Shown piece by piece: positions 46,588-59,200 of a stretch of 64,000 bases of DNA. The position numbers were made by a program, and so were the translations under genes. This DNA is from Amphiscolops sp. MND2022 (lineage: Eukaryota), in NCBI GenBank assembly GCA_964187785.1, contig OZ076409.1, forward strand, positions 95,606,001 to 95,670,000, in the 5' to 3' direction. The notes beneath the pieces were generated by a model. That model worked only from the letters and a program-made list of their open reading frames with translations, was not told the origin of the DNA and made no database searches. Numbering within the stretch: the first letter of the stretch is position 1; every line of letters starts with the position of its first letter.

Positions 46588-46750
46588 TAGTAAACCCTCG
46601 ATTATCCGCCAGCATTGGTCCAGCGCAAATTATGGCGGATAAGTGAGAGTGGCGGTTAATCAAGGGAGCTTAGACGCGGGTGTTATAGCAAAATGCCCCG
46701 ATAGATTTGTGGCGGATGGCCAAAGTTGGCGGATAATCGAGGGTTTACTG
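46588..46750. mobile_element. Tc1/mariner (pogo/Tigger-like) MITE
   Basis: 24-bp TIR (T/C)AGTAAACCCTCGATTATCCGCCA with TA on both sides. Confidence 0.85.
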
Positions 46751-49700
46751 TATTTGCTAGTTTTTTGTAGCAGTTTCAACAGGGAGCCACCAAGCATGAC
46801 AAAACGGCAGATTTGATAAATGTAACAAAACGACCGATTATGTAACAGTATCAAATTAGCCGATTTTGAAGCATAACAAAAGGACCTGATCAGCTACGGA
46901 GAAACGACTATTGTGTCCTGCATACAGGAACTAAGCAAAATTTTTAGAAAGGCTATCGGAAATTGATGTATTCTGCCCCCTTATTTCATTGCTTCGCAAC
47001 TTTCAATTCTAGTAAATCTGTTTTCTGTTACTTGGCGGAATTTTGTAAAGTTTCAAAGTATGAAATAAGGTTTGATTCGTTAAAAGCTGTCTGTTTCCAA
47101 AAACAACTTGTGTGAGTAATAAATCCGGCTGTAGCTGTATTTTACAAAACGCAATTTCATGCTGCTTTTGTACCTTGCTTCTGCCTTTCTTCCCAGAAAT
47201 TAGATCAACTGATCTATGTATAACTGCTACCATTGAAAAGTGTTTTTGAAATCCCAGTTGAAGCTTCATTTTAATCTTGTTTGTTTTGATGCCATATATC
47301 TTCGCAATTTGTAATCTCTTTGCTTTTGAATTGCATATTTTCTATCAGACAGAGGGTCTTTGAAGCTACTTGTTGCGAGCTTTGAGTGTGAGGTATGCAA
47401 TCCTCTTGGGGCTTATGAAAGCATCGACCCAATCAGTGACAAAAGAGTTGCGTTTCTTGAGACACTCATTCTTGCTTTCCTCATCAGCAATGAGGTGGAA
47501 AGATGAAAAGTCGTCTTATGTCAGATCTAGCCTCTCATTAAAGATCCATTGTTACCTGCGGAAACGCTCTTACATGATTGGCTGACACTTTTCACAGTTG
47601 CAAAATGAAGTTGTAACTTTGTTACTGCCTGGGTGGTAGTGATCAAATTAGTTAGTTGACTAGGTTATAAACCGAATGACCCTGGAGGCAAAGTGTCATA
47701 GATCCTTGCTACTTAGACCCTGCCTATACCGCCGCCTAGAGCTATTAAGTTGGTTAAAACCAGGAGCACCTGAGTTGGTTAGGATTCTGTCGGTCGGTTG
47801 CTCGTGTTTTGTGTCTGCGTTCTTATCAGCTGAGAGCGACGGAAGTGTTCTTCGGTTCTGAAGAATGCGAAGAACAGCCAACTAATCATGTTGGCATCTC
47901 AAGTCCAAAACTTGACAGATACAGTAGCGGCTGTGGCGGCTGCATTCAATTCTCATTGCCCTTGTGTCTTCCGCCGCCTGGGTTTAGATAATACTTGTCT
48001 GTGGGCACGTGTAAAATAGGTCTAAACACTGCTAGCAGCAACAGGCTGGAAAATGCCCAACGTATTAGCTGTAAACGTGTCTGGTATTCAATGTCCTTGC
48101 TAGTTTTATTGCGTACGCTGTGGGTTGGCGCTGTTCTATGTTTGTATGTGTTGTATTCAAGCTCTGACCACCTAGGTCTTTCTCTCTAGCTAGCTTTGTA
48201 TGCCAAGTGGTCTACGGCGTTCCTAAATAATTCCCTGGTCAATTAATTCTTCCCCAATCACACGCTTCTCTTCTCCTTGTCTAAATGGCGAATTGAGTGA
48301 ACGTTGAGTGAGGAATTTATTCACCCCACTGTATCCATATTTCGATATTTCCCGCTTACATGTAAAGCAAGACAGTATAATTTATAACCGTTTCTTGGGT
48401 TTTTGCGTTGCAAGACGGCGGCGACACGGTAGCAAAATAACGGCAAGGAAAGATTGAGAAATGAGTGGAATTATTATATGTGGGACATCAGCAGTCTAAA
48501 TAGTAGAACTATCTATTGCGACTTGCACGGTGCTTGGGTCGCCTGCCAGTCTTTAATTTCTGAATTACTGCTGCTATTCGTGTTTAACTACTACTGGTAG
48601 TTCTGTAGGCACAGCCATGTTTTATTCTCCTTCGCTTTTCCTAAATAGTTGAATGCGCGAGCACAAAATTTGAAAATAGTTTCTTTTCCCATTCCTTTGT
48701 TCGTCATAGTCACAGTCAGTTAGTCCCAGTTTCCTCTCCTAAACCGCACAGGTCTTCCGCCCTTCCATCGAACCAAGCGGGCCGACCCGGCCCGACTGCA
48801 GCAAAATTGTTCTTTTTTATCCCCCATGTTTCTTGCCCATATATGGCATTCCATTCAGCCATACACACTACATACAACAGCATAATATAAAATTCATTCT
48901 CCTACCTTTTTATGCTGTGCATTTCCTCTTTTCTATCCCTCTTTTCCTTTTCCTCCCTGGCTCCTGTGACTTGCGAATATCATTTTTATCCATTATTTGT
49001 TCGCTATCCCTGCTTCTAGTTTCCACGAACAACACCACGGAAAACAACACCTCGCCGCTTACCTTATGTGTGCTTGCCTATACCTCCGTTATACTGAGTC
49101 TGCTGTCCATACGAACATTATTCGTGGCCCTCGTATGATTTTACTCTTTTTCATCCCCCTACTGCAGTAGAGCTACTGTGCCGCCGCTCCCACTGTAGCA
49201 TCATTCTTGCAAGCTTGTTCCCCTATCAAGGAAAAATGCTGCTGCGGCGGTGTAGCTAGCGATTACCTTTTTTTAAAACTCGTCGTATCCCTTTAGTAGT
49301 AGTAATCATACGTACGTGTGCGGCGTACATTGCGTACATGCACTATACTCGCTGCTTTTCAATCTATTCACTTTCCATCTATTTTTCCTCTGTGCTGGTT
49401 GTATAATACACGCACTTGTTTATTTGTTTGTTACACGTTCCGTGTGCCTCCTATACCACAAGGTACGTTTTTAGTACATTTCTCATATAATCCTCAAGCC
49501 AACCCCCCCCATCACTTCGATTTTTCCCCATTTTTAAACAAACGTTTAACTTAGTGAATTACTTATACATTCTATCCCTTTCACAACTAATTACTACCCT
49601 ATTTTTGAGAGGTTCAGATTCAGGTTTATTTTGCTCCACGGATGAGTAATTTGCAGAGTTCACTTTGCATCGTGCTTTCGAATAATCCAGGCTTGCAACA

Positions 49701-49759
49701 ACTGATTTTATGGTTGTAGGCACAAAGAGCCTAAAGCATCACGATACAATACACGTAGA

Positions 49760-52700
49760 ATGAAACACACTAAATGTGCTACTGCTATGTTTCAGCCCAA
49801 ACGAAGAAAAGTGCACGATTTGCTGAGAAGTGGCAATAATAATCATAATATTAATCACAATAATAATCATCTGCAACCGCCGACCAAACGACCTTTTCCG
49901 CCAATTTCCAGCCAGTTTAGCAAACAGACTTTCGCCCAAACATCGCTGAATCCTTCGAGAAATCCCATCTTCGAACAAGGTTCGCTCAGTATTTTTCTTG
50001 GTCATTTTCTCTTTGTGCTGTAAAATTTTAGTACCCAATTTAAGTAACTATTTAAATTCGTTGAATAAAACCGTTTAATTTAGTATACCAAAATTAAGTA
50101 ACCAGTTACAGTCAACTCCGGTTAATCCGTATCCGGATAATTCGGATCTTCGTCTGATTCGTATGGATTTGAGACGCCCTTTTCGTGATAAGCAAAGATA
50201 ATCCGGTTAATTCGTATTTCTCACTATTCGTACTAATTTATTCGGTCCCTAGCGATACGAATTAGGCGGATTCCACTGTATTACCATGAAGAAGGGACCT
50301 ATTTTCTTCCCGTATCAAGGTATGCTTTTTTAAACGGATAGCTTTCAATGAAAAGTAATTTAATCACAATTGTTTAACCATGTGATTTAATTTAATTTAA
50401 CCAGGGAAATTGAATTTAACCCTAATGAACGTAGTGATACTTTCCTTTATTCCTAGCCTACCTTTATTCCAATTTCTGATACCTTTTGCCGGTAGCCCGT
50501 GTTCTCTAGCATAGTTTTTTTCAACAATTCATTGGTACCTAGATTGATTTGAATGGCACAAGCATTAGAAAAAGTGAATGTTTCCAAATAAAAATTGGTT
50601 TTTTGCACAAAAAAGTTATAATTTTCCAAAAATCCATTTTTGGCGAAATCCAGTTTTCTCAAAGTCTTTGACCAATGGAAGAAAGCAACCCCATACCCTT
50701 CCTTAAGTAATTTTGCAACAAACCCCAATAATATCCTGTTACTACAAGCCCCCGCGCAGCGGCGATACCGGAAAAAGAAACTAAAATTCTGGAAAAGGGG
50801 GCGCGCGGCGACCTGACCAAAATGAAAGCCCAATACCAGACCTTTCGAACGCGCTATAGTTCATTTCTCTGGTATGCGTAGTTGTGGAGATATCATTATT
50901 TTGAAGTTTTTAATGAAAATTTTTGAAAATTTGCAAAAACGCCCAAATCAATTAGAGTTGATAAAACGTTAAATCTTTGAGGCTTTTTAACCATATTTTC
51001 AAACATTTCTTATTGAAAAAGTAGTTGAATAGTATAACTGAAAGATTTTCAAATTCAGTTTTGTCAAATTGCGCAATTTCGTCTAGTTTTTTTTCGTTTT
51101 CTAAAAGTTTTTTTTTTGAATCAGGGACACCGGCGAACTGCAACAACCGTGTTTTATTCCCTCAGAGTGGAGGCCGGGGTAACTCGGGCCAGCAGCAACA
51201 ACACCACGTGGCGCCAAGTCAGGGTAACTACTTTTTTTGTTCACCTTTTCTTATTTTCCGCCCATATTCCCAAATGGGAAAGGAAAATATTGAAACAGCC
51301 GCGTTTTGTCCCAAAATTTGCCATCTGGTTCTGTTGTATCTCAAATTACAATGCTTTTAACGAAGTCCCAGGTGAAATGGTACCTGGGAACTTGATTTTG
51401 GAGCTGTTATTTATTTTTAACCCTGATTAACCTAGCGGTACTTTAAAGCAGCCTATCTTTTTTATTCAACTGCTTATTCGTTTTGCCAGTATTCTTTGCA
51501 CAGTTTTTTTTCAACAATTGATTTGATAAATTGTTAAATAAAATTGTGCTAAAGCATATGGGCTACTGGCAGAACGAATCAGAAAGTATTAGAAAAAGTG
51601 AATGTGTCCAAAACTGAGAAAAATGGGTTTATCTTGCCAAAAAATTGTTATACTTTCCAAAATTCCGTTTTTGGCAAAATCCTATTTTATCAAAAGTTCT
51701 TGAGCAATAAAAGAGAAGCAACCCCATACCCTTCCACAACAAAATCTAATAGCATGCTGTTGTTGCTACAAGATACGTTTTCAATCAGGTCCTAAATTTT
51801 ATTGATCATCTAGCAAAATTATATCTATCAGGGCGTGCGAAGGTATGTTGCAATTGAAATGAATCATTTTCTGGTTGGTCAGTGTTTGCATTTATGGGTG
51901 AGTAAAAGGGTGAGTCTATTGCAGCAACAGCGCCTGGCAGCGGATACGGCGTGCCCATGAATCAGCACCTGATAGCCACCCCCCTACCTGTTCCCCCGCC
52001 CCCTCCCCCAGTAGTGAGAGGTGCTAACCCCACGGGGGGCGGGGCCTCCGAGGACAACAACAGTAACCTCCTCATGGGCGGCAATCTGAGGGGAGACAAC
52101 AATGCTGGCGGGGCGACACCCTTCATCATCAAACAGGAACCCCCCAACGGCGCCAGTGGAGCACCCAACGCTGCCACCACTACCTTGTCTTCCAACCAAT
52201 CAGAAGCTTCCATTGTCAATGGAATAGGAATCTCGGCATCAGAGCTCATCAATCAAGTGAGTCAAAATTGCGGCGACCGTGTGTTTTATTCCCCCTATAC
52301 ACCTCGTTTCTTATCCCCCCGGACACAAAGGCGACTTTTATGCCTGAAAAAACTTCTAGGGCGAAGGAAGGAAATTGATATGGCTATAAATATTTAGTGG
52401 TTTTTTAGAAATTGATATGGCTATATAAAGACGAGGGTTGTCTCTAGGTTTCGACAGTTGAGGCAAAAATTATCCGGATTTTTTGATATTTTTCTGACAA
52501 CAAAAATTCATCTCTGGAGGAAGCTAAAATTGTGTTTAAAAAGCCCCTATGTTAAAAGCCCCCCCCCCCCCAATTTCAGCGCCCCCTCCCAAGCGACGGC
52601 TTGGGGAGAATAGGACACATGGTCCCAAAATTTTTCTCAAATTGATAATAGCCGAGTCAAGCTCTTAAGAGTTCTTTGATGCTCCCATTAATCACATTAT

Positions 52701-54541
52701 CAAGTGGGTGTTTCGGATCTGCATGTGAATGAAGGCTTAGCAATTTCCTATAGCTGCAAATAGGAACTTATGAAGTTATTAGCACCGCCCATATAATGCC
52801 TATTTCTTTTTCAAAACGCATATAAGAACTAGTTAGTTCGACCGATATCAATAACATTTCCGCTTTTAAAGGCCACAATTAATTTTGTAACTACCCTTCA
52901 GACCAGAGTTTTGACAGCGATTTAGCGAATTAGTGACCGCGCTGAATTTTTTCAGTGATATTATTATTGATTCATTGATTGAAATCAGCGGTATAGATTG
53001 TCCAAATTCAAAATTTCTTCGCGAAATAGATTGGCCTTATTTCCTCAAAAATAGATTGTCCGAATTCCTCGGAAAATACACGAAGTTTCGAAATGAATTT
53101 CGAAAAATTCCAACTCTTACACTAGTAAACCTCACACAGTATGAGAAATGCTAGCCTTTTTTCTTGAAAAAATTGAATTAGGTTATCATCGAATTTTGAA
53201 ACATACTTGAATTCAAACATTTATTAGTTTGAATAAAAAGTTTTTCGGCGAAATAGCAATTTTGAAATAAGCGGTCAAGCGATTAGCGAAAGAAGAAATT
53301 ATCGATGTCCAAACTCTGCTTCAGACTAAACAGATGTTTCAGCCCTCAGATGATTACGCTTTAAAGCAACAGACCAACAACAACAACAACTCTTTCCGTG
53401 ACTCAGACAATCTGTCGTCGCTTTACACAGACCCAAATCTCAACATCCAATCACATGCTGCCGCGGTCGAGCTTCTCACGAACGGAGGCGGAGTCGTCAA
53501 CCAATCAAATCTCTCCACCGACAGCCTATCAGTTCCACCCAGTATGTCCATTGATTTAGTTTTAAAATTTAAAATGAAATATGAAAATATTGGGAAGGAG
53601 TTCTTGAAAAGAAATTTAAATTGAGCGAATGAATTGCGATGAAATTTGAATCATATCAATTCAAAATCAGTCGAGTTGTTATCGGGCGAGTTTTTCAGTT
53701 TGTTTTACGATTTTCTGTGAAAAAAAGCTGATTTTGAAAAGGCTCTTTCAACATTCGCGGGTGATGATAGTATACTCAACTCAGATCTACCCATGGCTAG
53801 AAATTAATGACGTAATTTGTTTCGCGTCACACTTGTTTCCCATTTGGCCCAGGGAACTGAACTATAAAAGTTGTTCCTTTTTTCAGCGTAACATACAATA
53901 CCGGGCGCGACTAAAGGGTCCCCCTTTCAGTTTTTTCGGAGTTGAGATTTTTTCGAAAAATTTTCATGTCTCCAGGGGTCCCCATTTAATTTTTAAAAAT
54001 ATTTTGCAACAGAATGGATGTTTAAAAATCCGAAAGGGCCCCTTTTAGCGCGCCAGTTCGGTCCAACTTTTGGGTTTTTCGGGTACTGTGGAAGAGAATA
54101 CTTGGCACTTTGAAGACCTTTTGCTATTTTTGATATGGCGCCGACTTATGCCGTTCCCGACTCGTTTGAAATTCGATTTGACACTTGAAATTTCATTATT
54201 TAAATGGTCAATTTTTAAATCAATTGAAATTTAAATCAAAATTTATAATAATTTAAATTCCCAACAGTAAATGTTCATCTCTGGTTTCTACAGCCAGCGA
54301 CCCGTCTAGTGGAAGCAACGGTGCCAATTCCGCGTCCGGGGCGGCGACTTCATCTGTGGTGAGTAACGGGGTGGGACCGGATTCAATGACGCTGTCTCGC
54401 AACAACTCGGCGGCGGCCGCATCCACAAACTTCTCAGACCAGCAGAGCCAGCACCTTTTGCATGACAACGGCAACAAACGACTGCACGTGTCCAATATTC
54501 CCTTCCGGTTCCGCGATCACGACCTCAGATCAATGTTTGAG
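49760..54541 (+). CDS. rbfox: RBFOX/Fox-1-like RNA-binding protein, 5' exons: 49760-49979, 51125-51223, 51925-52256, 53325 (or 53334)-53541, 54294-54541; the rest is not found in the window
   Basis: The last exon encodes KRLHVSNIPFRFRDHDLRSMFE, the start of the RBFOX RRM. GT-AG junctions are phase-compatible (1,1,0,1) and the N-terminus is low-complexity. The upstream exons are inferred from splice phase. Confidence 0.85.
50109..50278. mobile_element. Tc1/mariner (Tigger-like) MITE in rbfox intron 1
   Basis: TA-CAGT...ACTG-TA with an imperfect ~25-bp TIR (CAGTCAACTCCGGTTAATCCGTATC / GATACGAATTAGGCGGATTCCACTG). Confidence 0.7.
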
Positions 54542-54632
54542 GTGAGATTGTCGCAGTTATGGCAAAAATCGGATTTTTTAAATTGAAAATAATCAAATCA
54601 ATCTAATTTTTTTTAATTGAAATTACGATTTT

Positions 54633-55600
54633 TAGTCGGCGCTTCATGAAGTGAAACGCGACTATTATAGTGACTCTCTTTTCTATCCACACGAACTGAC
54701 CAAAATAGTTCTTAAAAGTTCCACCAATTATTATTGCACCAAATTGCATCATTTGGCCTACCGAACTGGACCAAAATGGTTTTACCTGTTTTTCCGCGTA
54801 ACATACCATACCGGGCGAGACCAAAGAGTCCCCCCTTTCAATTTTTTTCGGCACTGCGAGACATTTTTTTCGGAATTTTTTTCCTCAAAGGGTCCCCCCT
54901 GCATTTTTTTGGTGTTTTGCGACAGAATGGATGTTGGAAAATCCCAAAGGGTTCCTCCTTTCAGTTTTTTTTGGCATTGTGGAATTTTTCCCGAAAATAA
55001 GAAAAATTTTTCTTCATTTTTTTTATGTTTTGAGACAGAATGGATGTTGAAAAACCTCGAAGGGTCCCCCTTCCAGTTTTTCGGCATTGTGAGACTTTAG
55101 CGCGCCAGGGTCTCGCGCTAGCGGGCCCCGGCGCGCCACTCGGTCCATTTTTTAGTACGTTATTTTTTCAAAAAAAAATTCGAAAAATTTTCGATTTTCG
55201 AGTTCTGTAAAAGAATACTTGACACTTGGAAGTCTTTTTGCTATTTTTGAGCCTTGGATATGGCGCCGACTTGGGCCGGTCCCGGCTTGTTTTCTATCCG
55301 CACGAACTGACCAAAATAGTTCCTAAAAGTTCTACCAAATATTATGGTGTCAAATTGCACCATTTGGCCTAGCAAACTGGACCAAAAAAGTTTTCCGTTT
55401 TTCCGCGTAACATACCATACCGGGCAACACCAAAGGGTCCCCCCTTTCAATTTTTTTTGGCACTGCGAGACATTTTTTCGGATTTTTTTCCCCAAAGGGT
55501 CCCCCTGTATTTTTTAGTCGGCGCATTTTAGAAGAAAATGAGCCCGACTATTACAGTGGCTAGTTTTTTTTTTTCGTCAGATAACAGAATGTATGCGTAG
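54633..55600 (+). mobile_element. Stacked HINE-like family A copies in the rbfox intron
   Basis: TAGTCGGCGC starts at about 54633 and 55514; 3' end GGCGCCGACTTGGGCCGGTCCCGGCTTGTT at about 55291; internal segment 54680-54900 is repeated at 55290-55510. Confidence 0.65.
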
Positions 55601-56019
55601 TGGACAGTAGTATGTGTGCGAGCTGATCAGGTGGGGGGGGGGGGGTTCAAGACCCTCCATGTTTTAAGATAGGCTATAGCCGTTCGGCTCGAGCCGAGAG
55701 CCGAGAAGGGTCTTGAACCCCTGGATTTGCTTAGACAGTCTCGAGTTGTGTAGTCGTGCTCGATTCTGATTGGTTGACGACTCGAGTCGTGCTGCCGACT
55801 CGGGTCATGCTCAATTCTGATTGGCTGACGACTTGATTCGATGTATAGAGGTATGGAGCCGAGTGATTGTCAATGTATAAAGATGTGCTCAATGTATAAA
55901 GATAGGGAATAGCTTCGGTAATGTTTTAAGATAGGGTATAGGGTTTTTCGGCACTGTGCGACATTTTCGGCACTGTGAGACTTTGGGTAAAAAATGATTT
56001 TTTGGCTGGGCCCGGCCGC

Positions 56020-56122
56020 CGGCGGGAATAATTTTACCCGCCCCCGCAATATTTTATCCGCCTGCGGAATATTTTATCCGCCACCGTAATATTTTATCCG
56101 CCTGCGGAATAATTTATCCGCC
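56020..56122. repeat. Short tandem array of ~22-bp quasi-palindromic units
   Basis: About five copies of (GCGG)AATATTTTATCCGCC-like sequence downstream of the pPolB stop. Confidence 0.8.
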
Positions 56123-56246
56123 ATAAAGGTTTAGCTCATTACTTGACTACTATACGTTGAGGAAAAAAATCATGTTTAAATAGAAAAAACTTTAAATTAG
56201 AATGTATAAATGTATTACAAAAGTAATTTTATAATGTACAACATCA

Positions 56247-59200
56247 TCAAATATTCAGTGGACCAGTGTGAATTCCATCGTCCTGAACAATACGCTTAGG
56301 ATAAAAATAAGAGAGTCCCTTTTTTGTTTGTTCGTAAGTACCAACATTGTGATCAATTACACGAAAACCACGATTAGTTGACGTCACGTTGAGTGTCTCT
56401 TCTAATACTTTTCTATATTTGGACATTGGTCCGTCGCCGCTGCTTTCAAGTGTTCTCTTGTTTAATCCTTTGCTGCTAAACTTGAATTTTTCTGATTGGG
56501 AATCATAACAGCAATACGTCTTGCTGCACAGACACAACATTTCTGTGCAACGAAATTCTTCCTTGAAGAGTCCAGGTTCGCGCTTGTCATGTTTTTTGTG
56601 TTTTGTGCAGCACGTACGGGGAAAGAAACTTGTCGTTGCATTGGCTATGAAGTCGTCTGCACAATCCGAAGAACGGAGATCTATCCACTCTCGTTTTTTA
56701 TCAGGGCGAATACAGTCATACAATTCTTTTTCAGCTAATGCAAGATAAAGTGAGTCTGTATCCATTTCAAGCTCCTCAAACTTATTAATGTCACAATACT
56801 TGACGAAGAAGTTGTAATAGAGCTCCAACATTCTCAATTTAGCATATTGCAGAATGAAGAATCCAACAATGATTGGTTCCCTGTGCTCAATCTCAGACTT
56901 TACAAGCTCCACCTCGTACAACTTCTCATCGATAATATTCAGTCTCTTGAACATTTTGTTGTTAATAGCTGCGTGAACTTTTTCGTCGCATAAATACTTT
57001 GTGACAGTGTGACGACTCCTATCCATAATTTGATAGCCGTACGAACTGTTTGCGAGCAGCTTCATTGTCTCCGCTACAACACTGGAGTTGGGATTCTCAT
57101 CTCCTTCTCTTCTTGCATCGACTGCGGACTGAACAAATTTGTTGAAGCATTTCTTGGGGGTATACTGAACAAATCGATAAATCTTTTTACATACCAACCC
57201 CAAGCTCAAGTAAAAGAAAAACAGAGGTGTTATTAGTGTTCCATTCTCCAACGAATAGCTAGAAATTAACATTCTCCTCGGTTGCGATAAAAGTCCTTCT
57301 TGTTCAGCATAATTTTTCATCAACGATCCAATATCATCTCTGCCCACATTAATATTTTTAAAGATTGGAGGAAAGTTAGCAAACTGTTCGCGGAGCTCTG
57401 GAGGAACTTCAATATCACACTGAACATATCCAAAGAGGCTTCCATTCTTGATTCTCTCCAACAATCTCTCTTCGCTGAGAGGTATTTTGTAGGGGAAAGA
57501 CTGACGTAAATGCTGCTTGACTAAATCGTTGGTTTTGTAAAGGTGCCACCACTCACACTCATACATTTCCATAACTGTATACCCCTTTTCCATTAAGTAA
57601 TGTCTTCGCAACTCATCCATCTCTCTCTTTTTCGTTCCCCTCTGAATATCTTCCTCTGTAAGAGAAGGACGTGCTTCTTGACATGGACAGTAATGATAAT
57701 AACACCCCATAGCTTCAAATACAGTGTTACAATGTTCACAGAACCCGTCAACGCTGAAGCAGTCAATCTTTTTCTGTGTTCCTGTGGTGTAAAAGCTGAC
57801 AATTTTACAGTCTGGTCTGATTCGTTGATAGTAAGACATTACCATGTTCTCAAAGCTCCTCGTCTTGTTCTGGCGAGGTCTGAATCTACCAGACTCTGGA
57901 TCGAGATCCCATCGCGTGTATAGACCAGTAGGCATTTCCTGGCACATTGAGAAGGGGTAAAGCTGACTAGCATCAATGCCCACTATTGACTTGCAAACGT
58001 TTGCCGAATTCCGGATATGCGTCTCGTTCACAACAGCTTTTCTTGTAAACACAATGGACGGACCACCAACCATATCGTCTCGTATCTTTTCAAGCAAGTC
58101 CTTATCGTTCTCTGTGAAAGGATAAAATTTCGCATTCGTTGACTTGTGGAGACATATGTTGGCTAAATTGGGCAAGGTACAACCAAGCTTCAACATATCG
58201 ATTCCCTTGTGGTGGTAAAATGCAATCATTTTCTGCATAGCCTCTAGCGTGGGAACGACGTCCTTGTTATTGTACCAGCGTAAAAAGTCTTTGAACGTTG
58301 TCATTATCTCAGTCTCCCATATACTGACGAGATACTCATAATTTTGCTTGCCTGTGGGAGGAGGTTGACTCAACCGCAACTTTGCCAGGGCAGACTCTGG
58401 TGTTGAACCACTCTTGAGCAATTTTTCATAGTCAGTATATTCACTCTCCAGAGGGTTGCAATTTCGCAACTTGTTGAAAAATGATTCATACGGAGGTAAT
58501 TGTGTATCATTTAGCTTCTCAGGACAGTCGAACCATTCGTATGGGAAATAACCTTTTGTCTCTGACGTCTTGTAAGCTTTGAGGAAAGAATCAAGGCTGG
58601 TTGCTCCGCCCAAAAAATTTGAAATGTCAAGCAACTGAACATCTCCAAACTTGAAAGAGACAAATTGATTCGCTTTTTTAATTACTGTTGGCTCCAGCTC
58701 TCTCTCGTTAACCAATAAGGGTAACAAATAACGCTTGATAAGGTTAATGTCGTATTTGGAACTATTGAAGCCAAAGACTGGTAACACGTTGCAATATCTC
58801 TCCAAGTGTTCCTGCAAGTCAATAAGTTGATTCTTTTGCATTTGCAGGAACTGAGTAGAAGCATCTTTTTCATCTTCCTCAAGACATTCATCTTCAAATT
58901 CCAACACAGTTTCTCGTGGACCGCGTCGTTCATTCAGTATAGCAAAAATTGTATTGAGACGGCTTTTGATGCTAGTCTCAATATCTATAAACTGTAGCTT
59001 CATTTGAGCTTTGCTCTGTGCGGCTAAACTCTCAAGAGCAACAACAAATGACTCAACCAAATCTCGCGGGTTGGAATTGCAAAGAAATATTGGGGTTTCA
59101 ATCAAGTTGGACGATATAGATACAGATACTGGCACGTGCTTCCCAATCCACTGTGTTGTCTCGGTATCCCTGAATTGATCCTCTCTCACACAAATTGATT

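Noticed and set aside
47350..48190. Coding-like stretch upstream of rbfox
   Set aside because: Only short frames with no recognisable domain or consistent splice model, so no call can be supported.
35493..55495. Many 60-150-aa Phe/Lys-rich ORFs (e.g. 35767, 37905, 39678, 53734, 54651)
   Set aside because: They are translations of the dispersed HINE-like repeats with A/T runs, not genes.
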